Below the pieces are notes generated by a model that saw only the letters and a program-made list of their open reading frames with translations, made no database searches and had not been told where the DNA came from. From assembly GCA_965223265.1 (NCBI GenBank), contig OZ244999.1:7616001-7680000 (forward strand): 64,000 bases of DNA, read 5' to 3'. This DNA comes from Planctomycetota bacterium (lineage in GTDB: Bacteria > Planctomycetota > UBA8108 > SXIK01). The translations under genes and the position numbers were made by a program. How positions within the stretch are numbered: the stretch's first letter is position 1; each line of letters begins with the position of its first letter. This document shows, piece after piece, positions 1-9,864 of this stretch.

Positions 1-890
1 CCGTTGTCGCTGGAGAAAAAGATGAGCGTCTTGTCGTCAAGGCCGAGCTCTTTCACTCGCGCGAGGATCAAGCCGACATCACGATCGATGTTATGGATCA
101 TCGCGGCGAATCCTTTCTCGGGTTCAGGCCACTCCCTAGAGGCGAACTCTCCGTGGCTCGGCACTTCCATGCCGTCATTCCCAGCTTCGTTGTTGGCGTG
201 CGGGACGTTGAGCGCGACGTAGAGGAAGAACGGCCGCGAACGATTCCGCTGCAGAAACGAGAGCGCCTCGGCAGTGACGAGATCCGGAACGTAGTCGACC
301 TTCTTCTCCGCAACGCCACGACCGTCCTCTTCGTTCCTGTCGCGCCACTTCTTGGTCAACACGTTTCGCAGTGGGACTCTTTGTCCGTTCTTGACGACAA
401 ACGTCGGATAGAAGTTGTGCGCATGGATCATGTTGGCGTAGCCAAAGAACTCATCGAAACCATTGCGCTGCGGATCGTCAAAAGGCGGCGGGTGGCCGAC
501 GCCCCATTTACCGAAGCATCCAGTTCGATATCCAGCGTCCTTGAGGAGATCTGCAATCGTCACGTCTTCATCTCGGAGCAGCACCGGACCATTGACACGG
601 ATGCGGGCATGGCCGAGATGTAGCCCGGTCAGAAGTACACAGCGTGACGGCGCGCAGACCGTGGCACCGGCGTAGTGCTGCGTGAAACGCATGCCCTCGG
701 CGGCAAGTCGGTCGAGGTTCGGAGTGCGCAGCACCTTTTGACCGTAGCAACCCAGATCGCCGTAGCCGAGATCATCGGCGAGAATGTAGATCACATTCGG
801 CTTCGCAGCGCACAGCTTTGGGGCTGACGCCCAAACGAGCAAGAGTGTGGCGAGAAGACAACCACGCCGGAGAAAAGTCTGAAGCATCAT
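1..890 (-). CDS. Arylsulfatase/sulfatase family protein, secreted (3' end runs off the window)
   Basis: Not in the ORF track. Hand translation from ATG 890 gives MMLQTFLRRGCLLATLLLVWASAPKLCAAKPNVIYILADDLGYGDLGCYG...TPNLDRLAAEGMRFTQHYAGATVCAPSR..., i.e. a signal peptide and the CxPxR formylglycine motif. The LIFFSSDNG motif lies at the window edge. Confidence 0.93.
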   Translation of the reverse strand, partial: MMLQTFLRRGCLLATLLLVWASAPKLCAAKPNVIYILADDLGYGDLGCYGQKVLRTPNLDRLAAEGMRFTQHYAGATVCAPSRCVLLTGLHLGHARIRVNGPVLLRDEDVTIADLLKDAGYRTGCFGKWGVGHPPPFDDPQRNGFDEFFGYANMIHAHNFYPTFVVKNGQRVPLRNVLTKKWRDRNEEDGRGVAEKKVDYVPDLVTAEALSFLQRNRSRPFFLYVALNVPHANNEAGNDGMEVPSHGEFASREWPEPEKGFAAMIHNIDRDVGLILARVKELGLDDKTLIFFSSDN

Positions 891-955
891 CGGCTTGTGA
901 GGTATCCAGTCCAGTTGATGTGGGCGCCGGATCAAAGAACGATCTACGGCTGAGA

Positions 956-1423
956 CTAAAAGAGACTAGCAGTCGACTTCACCGCGATGCAGTCCTTGAC
1001 CGACATATAAGCGGGGCATTGAGAAGGATAGGTCTCGAGGGCTCGCTCGGCTTTATCTCGCAGCTCCACCGCCACCGAGATCCGAAAGTGCACCCGGATC
1101 TCGACGATTCGAATGACACGATCAACCTCCGCGATGTCACCCTCGACTTCTGCGACCAGTCGATCAGCCGTCGTGATTCCGCGCGCTTCCAGCGCGCTGG
1201 CAAATGTGCCACACAGTCACCCAGCGACGGCGGCGACCATATGGTCGAGCGTTGCGGGGTACTCACGATCGACTTCGACTCCGTACTTCGAATTGTAGAA
1301 CTCGAGGATGCCACCGTGGATTCCGTAGTGCACCGGCTCGTCGAGCGCCTCGAGTTCAGCGGTGCGGTGCGCACCAGCGTGCTTACGAATCACGGAACGA
1401 CTAGTGTGAATGACTCGACTCAT
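956..1423 (-). CDS. OsmC/Ohr-like peroxiredoxin, probable selenoprotein (in-frame TGA at 1217-1219 read as Sec), 155 aa
   Basis: ORF 1217..1423 continues in frame past TGA as ...PATLDHMVAAVAG-U-LCGTFASALEARGI...VEGDIAEVDRVIRIVEIRVHFRI...AERALETYPSQCPAYMSVKDCIAVKSTASLF to TAG at 956-958. The TGA occupies the first conserved OsmC Cys position and CP is the second conserved Cys. GAGG lies just upstream of the ATG. Confidence 0.8.
1181..1197 (-). promoter_or_regulatory. Candidate bacterial SECIS hairpin
   Basis: Minus-strand GCGCGCT-GGA-AGCGCGC forms a 7-bp stem with a G-initiated loop starting 27 nt after the UGA, consistent with the bacterial SECIS model. Confidence 0.55.
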
Positions 1424-1832
1424 GGAAGACCTCGGATGTCAGGGAGCTCGATCGAAACGCAGAAACTCACCACGGCACGCGCAAGCCGGTAGTCTTGGTG
1501 GACCACGATATTGCTGCCCAACGCTCTACCGCCGGTCAGACCTGCCCCCAAAACGAGCGGCTGGGAACTGGTCACCCTTTGTACTCCGCCCCCGTCCTGC
1601 ATCACAAGAACAGTTCTCGTGGGAGGCGATCAGAATCGAACGCCCTCCGATCACTTCGATTGTTCGCATCGCAAGCTAAACGTATACTGCGGAGTCGCGA
1701 ACGCCGCGCTCGCGTCGACGAGAAACCGTGCCTCCGATCGCGTCTGACGCGCCATATCGATACTGCCGCACCGTCCTCACCGAACAGACTCCGTCGCTTC
1801 AATCTCTTCAACGACTCTAGGTTACAGCAAGA

Positions 1833-4800
1833 ATGAACCTACCGCCGCGCATTGCCCGCCAAGCATTCTGCCTATACCCCTGTTGGCTCGTCTTGGGCTG
1901 GGGTGTCACGATGCCGGCTGCCGCCGAGCCTGACTACACGCTGGTTGACCCCGAGCTCAAGATCGTCAGGCTCGATACGGACCCGACCGAGTCGTTTCTC
2001 TCTGTGCGCACCGATGCCAAGGGTCGTCTCTACGTTGGCGGACGCGAAGCGCTGTTCGTTTATGAGCCAGAGGAAGGTGGACTCTACAGTCGGCGACGCG
2101 AGCTGTTTCGCTTTCCCAATCACAGCTGGGTCTACGACATCGAAATCCGAGGTGAAGACGTCTACGCGCTCACCAACACCGCCCTGTACCTCCTGCGCGG
2201 CGGTGTCGTGAAACGGCAAGACATAGAGATACAAAGACTCGTTTGGGGGATGCCGATGGGGCACGTGCATCAGTGCATGCACGGACTCGCGTGGGGCCCA
2301 GACGGTGATCTCTATTTTTCGACGGGTGATCCGCTGCCATCGTACGGCGACATTGACCGCCCGGACCGCTGGCACTACTGGACTTTTTTCAGCCAGCCCG
2401 GACGCACTCCAACGCCGTTCCACGGCCAAGGTGGCGTGTATCGGTGTCGTCCGGACGGCACGCGCTTTCAGATCTTCGCGCGCGGCACACGTAACAGCAT
2501 CGGGCTGGCGTTCGACGGCGACTGGAACCTGTTCACCAACGACAACGATCACGAGTCGATGCCCGTCGTTTACGTTCCAGGCCGTCTGCTTCACGTCACG
2601 CAGGAAGCACAGTTCAACTGGCCTCGCGCCTGGCTTCTGGCCAAGCACCCGATGCGAAGCGACGTGCTCGAGACGATGAACGACAACATGGGTCGAGCCG
2701 TCCCCGTGGGCGTCACCTACTATGATGACGCGTTCCTGCCGCCGAAGTATCGACGCAACCTCTTCGTGGCGCGATGGGGCACAAGGAGCATCACGCGCTT
2801 TCCACTCGAGCGGCGGGGCGCCAGTTATCGTGCCGCCGAGCTGCCGCTGCTTGAGGGGAAGAACCTCGCGCGTCCGCTTGGCGTCTGTGTCGGCAGGGGC
2901 GGGCGACTTTTCGCGACGATTTGTTACATGGCACACAACGAGGGTTCGCCGACGTATCGCAGCGATCTCATCATGATCACGCGCCAGGAAGATCCACCCA
3001 CGGCGCCGTACGACGGCTACGAAGCGCACGCCGCCGAGCCGCAGCGACTGTGGCGCGAGCTCGCAAGCGAGTCATGGTCGCGGCGCTACCACGCCTTCGT
3101 CGAGCTTGGGCGGCGCGGCGAAGCGGTGCTCGTCGAGGCAATCAACCGACTGCGTGAAGTGGCACCAACAGACCCAAGCGCGACCCCTCTGATCTGGCTC
3201 GCCGCGGCGAGCGGCGACGACCGCGCGGGCAAACTGCTGCGCGAAATGGCTCAACGCCCCTCCGAAACTCTCCGGCTGCAGGCGATCCGAGCCCTTGCAG
3301 AGTTTCCACGTCTTGGTTCTCCCGCCAGTGTCTTCGAGCGCGCGCTGGGCGACCCCGTAGCCGCGGTGCGGCACGCCGCCACCACCGCGTTCTTCAAACG
3401 CGACGAACCACTCCCCGAGACGATAGCACTCACTTCGGGACGCAGCGACGACTCCTACCTGCGGCAAGCTGCGACGCTCGTCGTCGCGAGGCGAGGCACT
3501 TTGAAGCACATCGAATCGCTCTGCAGATCCGACGATGCTCGCACGCGTCTAGCTGGCGTGCTCGCGGCAGGATTCCGCCTGACGACACCGGCTGCGGTGC
3601 CGCTCGACGACGAGCTCAGCCTCGCGCCTTACCGAAACGAGGCGGCATACCTGGTTGAATATGCCGACGAAAAGATCGACTTGCGGCAGTTCGGGCGCAT
3701 GGGCTCGTACAGTTTCGCCGAGCACTGGAACGCACGTCCACACAGCGCTGACGAGGATACGCTCTTCAGCTTGCTCATGGCTCGCCTCGACGATGACGAC
3801 GAGCGAGTTCGCCTGCAGGCGGCGCATTTCCTGGGGCTCTTGAACGACCCGCGCAGCCGCGACGCGATCGCTGCGACGAGGCGTGCCTCCGAGGAGAGGC
3901 GCGTTGAGGCGGCGCCGATCCACGGACTGAACGAGATGTGGGCCGTCGGCCCGTTCGCCGATGCCGGCCGCAAGTTCGAGATCGAGCATCCTCCTCAACG
4001 CGCAGCAATCGACCCCGATGCAGAGTACAAAGCGCGAGGCGAGGATCTCACTTGGACTAAACTGAAGCGACGTTCACTCTTCGACCTTGTGGGCGACTCA
4101 AAAAGTTCCGGCGACGCGTCGTACTACGCTTACGTGCGCTTCGAGAGCGCGGTGCGTCAGCGCATCATGCTCATGCTCGGTACCGACGGCGGCGTGCGCG
4201 TTTGGCTGGGCGGGCGCGCCGTCTGGTCGCAGGACGAGGAGCGCGGAGCACTGCCATTCCAAGACAACTTCATCGTGCAGCTGGAACCTGGAAGCAACGA
4301 TCTTCTGGTTCGCCTTCGAAGCGCGCGTGGCGCCTGCCGTCTGTACCTCCACTACCGCGCCGTCGGCGCAGTGGCGACCACACTGCCGGAAAAGCTCGGC
4401 GCCGACGGCCTCGCGTCGCGACTCAAAGAAGCGAGTCGCGACGTCGAGATCGACCCGGCCTTCTTGACGCTCGATTGGCCGCAGCAGGCGTCTGCCGGTG
4501 ACGCCAAAAAAGGTCGAGAACTTTTCGAATCGATCGGCTGCGGCAAGTGCCACAGCGTCGGCGAGCAGTCAACGAGCGTCGGGGGTCCTAGTCTCGCCAC
4601 CGCCGGCAAGCGCTTCACGGTTCCGACCCTAGTGGAATCGATCTTGTTCCCGAGCCGCCAGGTCTCGCCTGTGTTTCACGGCGTCGTGATCGTCGACCAA
4701 AGCGGCCGCGTCTTCAACGGACTCGTCCTCAATGAGACGAGCGACGTCGTCGAGCTGCTACTCCCGGACGCCAAGCGTCGGCGAGTCAACAAGCGCGAGA

Positions 4801-4901
4801 TCGCGCAGCGTGATCGGTTCGAAGGCTCGGTGATGCCGACGGGACTCGTGCGCAAACCGAAGGAGCTGGCGGACCTCCTCGCCTATCTTATGAGTTTGTG
4901 A
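1833..4901 (+). CDS. PVC-type heme-binding CxxCH protein (beta-propeller dehydrogenase-like domain, HEAT repeats, beta-sandwich insert, C-terminal cytochrome c)
   Basis: 1022 aa. Signal-like N-terminus; HGLAWGPDG and GTRNSIGLAFD propeller motifs; HEAT repeats (RLQAIRALAE); WAVGPF...LGTDGGVRVWL insert; CGKCH...GPSL...ESILFPS...SVMPTGL heme c domain. Confidence 0.9.
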   Translation: MNLPPRIARQAFCLYPCWLVLGWGVTMPAAAEPDYTLVDPELKIVRLDTDPTESFLSVRTDAKGRLYVGGREALFVYEPEEGGLYSRRRELFRFPNHSWVYDIEIRGEDVYALTNTALYLLRGGVVKRQDIEIQRLVWGMPMGHVHQCMHGLAWGPDGDLYFSTGDPLPSYGDIDRPDRWHYWTFFSQPGRTPTPFHGQGGVYRCRPDGTRFQIFARGTRNSIGLAFDGDWNLFTNDNDHESMPVVYVPGRLLHVTQEAQFNWPRAWLLAKHPMRSDVLETMNDNMGRAVPVGVTYYDDAFLPPKYRRNLFVARWGTRSITRFPLERRGASYRAAELPLLEGKNLARPLGVCVGRGGRLFATICYMAHNEGSPTYRSDLIMITRQEDPPTAPYDGYEAHAAEPQRLWRELASESWSRRYHAFVELGRRGEAVLVEAINRLREVAPTDPSATPLIWLAAASGDDRAGKLLREMAQRPSETLRLQAIRALAEFPRLGSPASVFERALGDPVAAVRHAATTAFFKRDEPLPETIALTSGRSDDSYLRQAATLVVARRGTLKHIESLCRSDDARTRLAGVLAAGFRLTTPAAVPLDDELSLAPYRNEAAYLVEYADEKIDLRQFGRMGSYSFAEHWNARPHSADEDTLFSLLMARLDDDDERVRLQAAHFLGLLNDPRSRDAIAATRRASEERRVEAAPIHGLNEMWAVGPFADAGRKFEIEHPPQRAAIDPDAEYKARGEDLTWTKLKRRSLFDLVGDSKSSGDASYYAYVRFESAVRQRIMLMLGTDGGVRVWLGGRAVWSQDEERGALPFQDNFIVQLEPGSNDLLVRLRSARGACRLYLHYRAVGAVATTLPEKLGADGLASRLKEASRDVEIDPAFLTLDWPQQASAGDAKKGRELFESIGCGKCHSVGEQSTSVGGPSLATAGKRFTVPTLVESILFPSRQVSPVFHGVVIVDQSGRVFNGLVLNETSDVVELLLPDAKRRRVNKREIAQRDRFEGSVMPTGLVRKPKELADLLAYLMSL

Positions 4902-5208
4902 ACGCCCGGGGCGTAAGCGTAACCTTGATTCAGACCGGAAGGCACCAAGCGAATCGCATCCCCGTCTTACCTCTCGCGCCGGCTCCGCACGTCCGCCTTT
5001 CTGTCTGCCTCTTCGTTGCCTTCGGCTAGGAAATTGGATACACGACCAGAAGCAAACGAGGGACGAAGGGGCTCCAACCGACAGCCTCACCTGCACGCTG
5101 TCTCCAATGCTGCAAAAGCGAAGCGCTTCAAGAGCGTGCGCGATTGCGATCGTCTGTGTCGCCCTACGGCTGGCGACCGACTCAGGGAAAACTCCGGCCA
5201 TCGGACCG

Positions 5209-8200
5209 TTAGGGATTGCCGCCGATGACAAGCGCCGGGCCGGCAATGCCGTCGGTGGGGAAACCGGTGACGACCGCCTCCGTTCCTGACGCGACCCCGC
5301 GCAACTGAACATCCCCGGGCTCCACGATCGCGACCTGGATCTCGCTGCCTTCGGCTGCCGTCGCGCTTCGGGTCGATCGCGAGCTGCTCTCGTTGCAACC
5401 CGGGACTACGAGACCGACGGCGAAGAGGAGCACGAGGCTTGAGAGCATTGCGGCACGCCCAGCCCATCGGCTTCGCAACGTGCCACGAACAAAGAGACAG
5501 AGTGCCAACAGCGCTAAGAGCACCATCGTCGCGCTAGCGACGGTCTCCTCTATAGGATCGTTCACCACGTCGACGTCGACCATGAGTCGGATGGCAACGC
5601 TCTCTCCGGCACCAATCTCGAACCCCGGATTGGTGATGACGATTTCGTTTGCGAGCACGTCGCCGGTGGCACGCTCATCTTCGTCGATAACATCGTCGCC
5701 ATTGAGGTCAGCTGCCAGGATCGCATTGCTGACGCCATCGAGGGTCGCGCCCGGCATCACCCGGTAGCGCACGCGTTCGAGGCGCAGCGGTTCGCCAGGA
5801 TCACCGGCGATCGTCATGCCGTGAAGTTCTTCTTGCGTGACGGAGCTGTCGATCTCGGTGACAGCAGGTTCGCCCCCATTCAGCGCCGCGAGAACGATCT
5901 CAGGTGGCGGCGCAGCTAGCCCAGTTCCAGCGAGCGACACCGTCAACGACGAAGCTGCGGCGTCGTTTGTCGTCAACTTGATGGCACCGCTGTCAGATCC
6001 CGGCGCTGACGGGGTGTATGTAACGTCGACGACAATCTCTTCTTCAGGGTCGAGTCGAACCGACTCCTCCGAGACAACGTCGGAAAGCACAAAGTCGAGA
6101 CTCGAGTTGCTATCAAGTACGAGACTTGCGATTTCGAGTGGCGCCGTGCCGACGCTTCTCACGACCACGCGCTCGGTGACGAACGTCCCAACGATGACGT
6201 CACCGAAGTCCAATCGTTCAGGCGCGACAACCACTCGCGCGATTAGCGCGTCGATGCCGCTGCCGCTGAGTGCAACGTTGATCACGGGTTCGTCCGGATC
6301 GTCGCTGCGCACGCGCAGAGTGTCACTTGCCGTCGCCACACTCAGCGGCGAAAAAACGACGCTGATATCATGTCCCTCGCCGGGCGACAACGTTCGTCCG
6401 CCTGACGACGACAGCTGAAAACCGCTCGAACCGTTCGCCAGCTCGAAACCTGACACCGCCAAATCGGCACTGCCGACGTTTCGCACGGTCACGTCGAGTG
6501 CGAGAGAGGCGCCGATCGTAACGCTGCCGAAATCACGCGCGAGGGGCTCCACCTCGATGTCGGGCTCGGGCTCAGCCACGCCTGTACCGACCAAGGGGAT
6601 GGTGACGCTTCCTTCGTTCGGGTCGTCGCTTAGTACGCGCAGGCTACCCGTGCGCCGCGCTATTCCACTCGGGCGAAAGGCAATCACGACACGCGCCTCG
6701 GCGTTCGGGAGAAGATCGATCGCCTCCGGCCCGGAGACAAATTTGAAGTCGAAACTCGTTCGCGGTGCGAACCCCACGTCGGCGACACCAAGCACATCCG
6801 CACCGACATTTCTTATCGTTACGGTCACCGGTTTCTCCGTACCGATCAGCACGTCCCCAAAGTCGATGCTGGTTGGCCTAACCTCGATGTCCGGAGTCGT
6901 GGTCGAACCGCCACCACGGTCGAAGAGCAAAACGTCGTCGATCAATACCTGGGTAGACTCCTGAGCCTGAGATTTCTTGCTGTTGTAGCCACCCAGCGTC
7001 AGGAGATGTCGTCCCGCGCCGACGGTTCCCAGATCGACCTCTGCGCCACGCCAACCTGTCGATACGGAATCGCCTCCGTCTCCGTCGCCAGAGACTCGTG
7101 CGAACACACCAGATCCGCCGCCGATCGGGACCGAGTCGAGAGACGCTAGAACTTCGCTGACTTCATCAGCCTCGTAGTTTGGCGACTGAGTCAGTTTGAA
7201 GCGAAAGAAGAGCGAAACGCGACGAGACGAGGGAATGTCAAACGCGACGGTCCATCCTCCGGATATGTCGTTCACCGTCGCACCATCGATTCCGCCGAGA
7301 TCGACGCTGAGCGCCGAACCGGAGAATCCGTCCTCGAATCCACCATCGGCGTACGCTGGGGCGTTCGTATTGCGGAAGACGTCGTCGGCGTAAGTGAAAC
7401 CATCGGCGCCCGAATCGAACCTCGCCTCGAGAAGAAGGACGCCGGCCGCCGGCTCAATCGAGCGACGGGCGCCCTGGTCGATCCAGTCGCGTAGTGTCGT
7501 CTGGAGAAGAGGCTTCAATCGCTGACCTGGAGGCATGCGCGCACCAACCTGCGGCTGCTCGCAGTTGCTCTTCTCCCACAGGAAGCTCTCGGAACTGTCT
7601 CCCGGTGTGACTAGGTCGAGATCTGGGACTTCGAGACTGCGAACTCCGACGAGGGACGCGTAGCTCACGCCGGCGCCGAGATCGAGATCGGCGTTGGGAT
7701 CGAGTCCTGAGTGGCAGCCGGTGCAGTGAAGGTCGAAGAGCTCCTGCACCTGGGCGAAATCGACGAGGCCGCCCGCGGTGGCCACCGCATCGCAGTCAGC
7801 GCCGCCGCTTTGCAAACCGAGTGTAAAGTTCTGCGTTACCGCGCTGCCCGCTAAAACGTTGACGCTGACGAAGGACGATAGATAACGCTCTTGGCCGAGA
7901 TCAGCCGCAACGTCGACGAGGAATTCTCCACCGCCAGCAGACGTGGGAAGTGGAATGGAGTAGTACCCCAACTCGTCACTTTCTACGCGATGGAGGACGC
8001 CCGACGCTGGAATTGGTGGCAAGAAATCACGTCCACCCGCCACGTCGAGGAAATTGCCGGGTTCACCCTGCGCCACGCCCAAATCGACACGAGCGGGCTC
8101 ACCGCGCGTGTCCATCGCAACGCCGCGTATCATCGTGCCCGAGAGCACAAAAGTCAGCGCTGCCGAATGGCTGGACGCGCCGCACGGAATGGCTATGCCG

Positions 8201-9864
8201 CGCGTCGCGCTTTGAACGCCGTCGCCGCTCGGTTCGCCGGCGGTGACAACGACACCGCAGCCAGTCAACTCGACGTTCACTGTGACATCGAACGCACCGC
8301 CTGCTGCGACCGCAATCGCGTTGCCTGCCGCACCCGTACCGCCTGCAAACGCCAACGACGTCCTGCCGTCGGCTTGATAGAGACGAAGTTCGGTCGACGT
8401 GGGAAGCCCCCCAGCAGCGACGCTGCGGCCGTCGAGAACGTTGCCGGAAAGACGCAGGTTAGTACCGCTGCGTACGGTCACCTGCACCGTCTCCGAATCC
8501 TGAAGCCCTTGGTCGTCGGAGACAGTGAGAGTCGCTGTGTACGTGCCCGCCGCGTTGTAAGTGTGCTGCGGACTTCGCTGCGTAGAAGTTGCGCCGTCGC
8601 CGAAACTCCAGTTCCACGCCACAATGGCGCTGTCGTCAACGGAAGCGTCGAGAAAGCGTACTGACAATGGCGCCAGACCCGAGGGCGGATTCGGGTCGGT
8701 TGAGAACGCAGCCGTCGGCGCAATTCCGGACACTGGACGGACCCTGTAGAGCTTTCCCGGCCCGGACGATCGATCCGTCGTAGTGATGTAGAGCGCGCCG
8801 TCCGGCCCGAAGGCGATCGACGCGGCGCCGAGAAGCCCGGAGACGAACGTATTGGAGCCGCCGACGTTGATCTCCGCCACGTCATCGCGAGCCGCACCGA
8901 CCAAGCGCCATCGTCGCACAGAACTGGCCGGGGCCCACGTGGCAATGTAGAGCGCCTCGCTGCCAGGAACGCCCGGATCGGCGAACGCACTGTTCGTTGT
9001 GATCGCGATGCCGGTGATCGAAGGTTGCAACACAAGCAGGTTCTTGACGCGGGAGTCCGACGGCTGCTCGAACTCGTTCGGCCAGCCTCCGTTGCCTCCC
9101 TCTTCCCAGCGACTGACGCGGTCTCGAATGCTGCCGTTCTCCGAGACGTACATCACTTGCGTCACTGGGTGAAAGGTGAAACGGAACGGGTTTCTACAAC
9201 CACGCCCCCAGATGCGTGAATTCCGTGAGGTTGGGTCGCCATCGTAGAAGGGATTCGACGCGAGCCCACGGCCACTCTCGTCGACGCGGAGGATCTTCCC
9301 GATGTAACTACCGAGCTCGACCGAGAGCCCTGGCTGTCCGTCATCCCCTAAGACGAGGAACAGCGATCCGTCCGGGTGAAAGTGAATGTCGCCGGCGTTG
9401 TGGTTATCGACGATGTTCGACAGCCCATCGAGCAGCGTCTGTGGCGACCCACTCATCCGGTCGAGACTGGTGTCAGCCTGGAATCGAACCAATCTCTGCC
9501 CACCATTGTAGCTATAAAACGCGTAGACGAACCGATTGCTCGTGAAGTCTGGGTGCAGAGCCAAGCCGAGAAGACCGCGCTCGTTCGTAGGTTCGACAGA
9601 TGCAGCAAGCGAACCGAAAACCTGCGCCGGCAAGAAGGCAGGTGGATTCGCTGGGTCCGGCTTGAAGACGAGAATGCGGCCCGTCTTCTCGCCGACGTAA
9701 AGGCGTCCGCCAGGCGCGAAAACGATCGGCACGAGTCCCGCACCGTCGTGAATCTCATCAATAGCGAAGTTCGGATCGGAGACCGACGGAGCGGCGTTAG
9801 CGAGCGGGGACAAGATCAAAAAAGAGAGACTAGCGATCACAGTCAGCGTCAAAAAGCGGCGCAT
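5209..9864 (-). CDS. Large surface protein: PQQ-dependent glucose/sorbosone dehydrogenase domain + PKD + cytochrome c + CBM-like + three choice-of-anchor-D/Ig domains + C-terminal membrane segments
   Basis: 1551 aa. Signal peptide; ERGLLGLALHPDF, NHNAGDIHFHPDG, GKILRVD, GCRNPFR (GSDH); WNWSFGDG...PQHTY (PKD); CTGCH at 7711-7725; repeated DFGDV...VTIRNVG...SDDP units; two hydrophobic helices near the C-terminus. Confidence 0.85.
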   Translation of the reverse strand: MRRFLTLTVIASLSFLILSPLANAAPSVSDPNFAIDEIHDGAGLVPIVFAPGGRLYVGEKTGRILVFKPDPANPPAFLPAQVFGSLAASVEPTNERGLLGLALHPDFTSNRFVYAFYSYNGGQRLVRFQADTSLDRMSGSPQTLLDGLSNIVDNHNAGDIHFHPDGSLFLVLGDDGQPGLSVELGSYIGKILRVDESGRGLASNPFYDGDPTSRNSRIWGRGCRNPFRFTFHPVTQVMYVSENGSIRDRVSRWEEGGNGGWPNEFEQPSDSRVKNLLVLQPSITGIAITTNSAFADPGVPGSEALYIATWAPASSVRRWRLVGAARDDVAEINVGGSNTFVSGLLGAASIAFGPDGALYITTTDRSSGPGKLYRVRPVSGIAPTAAFSTDPNPPSGLAPLSVRFLDASVDDSAIVAWNWSFGDGATSTQRSPQHTYNAAGTYTATLTVSDDQGLQDSETVQVTVRSGTNLRLSGNVLDGRSVAAGGLPTSTELRLYQADGRTSLAFAGGTGAAGNAIAVAAGGAFDVTVNVELTGCGVVVTAGEPSGDGVQSATRGIAIPCGASSHSAALTFVLSGTMIRGVAMDTRGEPARVDLGVAQGEPGNFLDVAGGRDFLPPIPASGVLHRVESDELGYYSIPLPTSAGGGEFLVDVAADLGQERYLSSFVSVNVLAGSAVTQNFTLGLQSGGADCDAVATAGGLVDFAQVQELFDLHCTGCHSGLDPNADLDLGAGVSYASLVGVRSLEVPDLDLVTPGDSSESFLWEKSNCEQPQVGARMPPGQRLKPLLQTTLRDWIDQGARRSIEPAAGVLLLEARFDSGADGFTYADDVFRNTNAPAYADGGFEDGFSGSALSVDLGGIDGATVNDISGGWTVAFDIPSSRRVSLFFRFKLTQSPNYEADEVSEVLASLDSVPIGGGSGVFARVSGDGDGGDSVSTGWRGAEVDLGTVGAGRHLLTLGGYNSKKSQAQESTQVLIDDVLLFDRGGGSTTTPDIEVRPTSIDFGDVLIGTEKPVTVTIRNVGADVLGVADVGFAPRTSFDFKFVSGPEAIDLLPNAEARVVIAFRPSGIARRTGSLRVLSDDPNEGSVTIPLVGTGVAEPEPDIEVEPLARDFGSVTIGASLALDVTVRNVGSADLAVSGFELANGSSGFQLSSSGGRTLSPGEGHDISVVFSPLSVATASDTLRVRSDDPDEPVINVALSGSGIDALIARVVVAPERLDFGDVIVGTFVTERVVVRSVGTAPLEIASLVLDSNSSLDFVLSDVVSEESVRLDPEEEIVVDVTYTPSAPGSDSGAIKLTTNDAAASSLTVSLAGTGLAAPPPEIVLAALNGGEPAVTEIDSSVTQEELHGMTIAGDPGEPLRLERVRYRVMPGATLDGVSNAILAADLNGDDVIDEDERATGDVLANEIVITNPGFEIGAGESVAIRLMVDVDVVNDPIEETVASATMVLLALLALCLFVRGTLRSRWAGRAAMLSSLVLLFAVGLVVPGCNESSSRSTRSATAAEGSEIQVAIVEPGDVQLRGVASGTEAVVTGFPTDGIAGPALVIGGNP

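Noticed and set aside
956-1423. Reading the OsmC-like gene as a nonsense pseudogene
   Set aside because: The only lesion is a TGA exactly at the catalytic Cys column, followed by a hairpin, and both halves look intact. Recoding is more parsimonious, though not proven.
818-1492. 224-aa plus-strand ORF
   Set aside because: It is the antisense shadow of the OsmC-like gene and the sulfatase start, and has no recognisable motifs.
1621-1650. GTTCGATTC (minus strand) resembling a tRNA T-loop
   Set aside because: The flanks do not form a T-stem, acceptor stem or cloverleaf.
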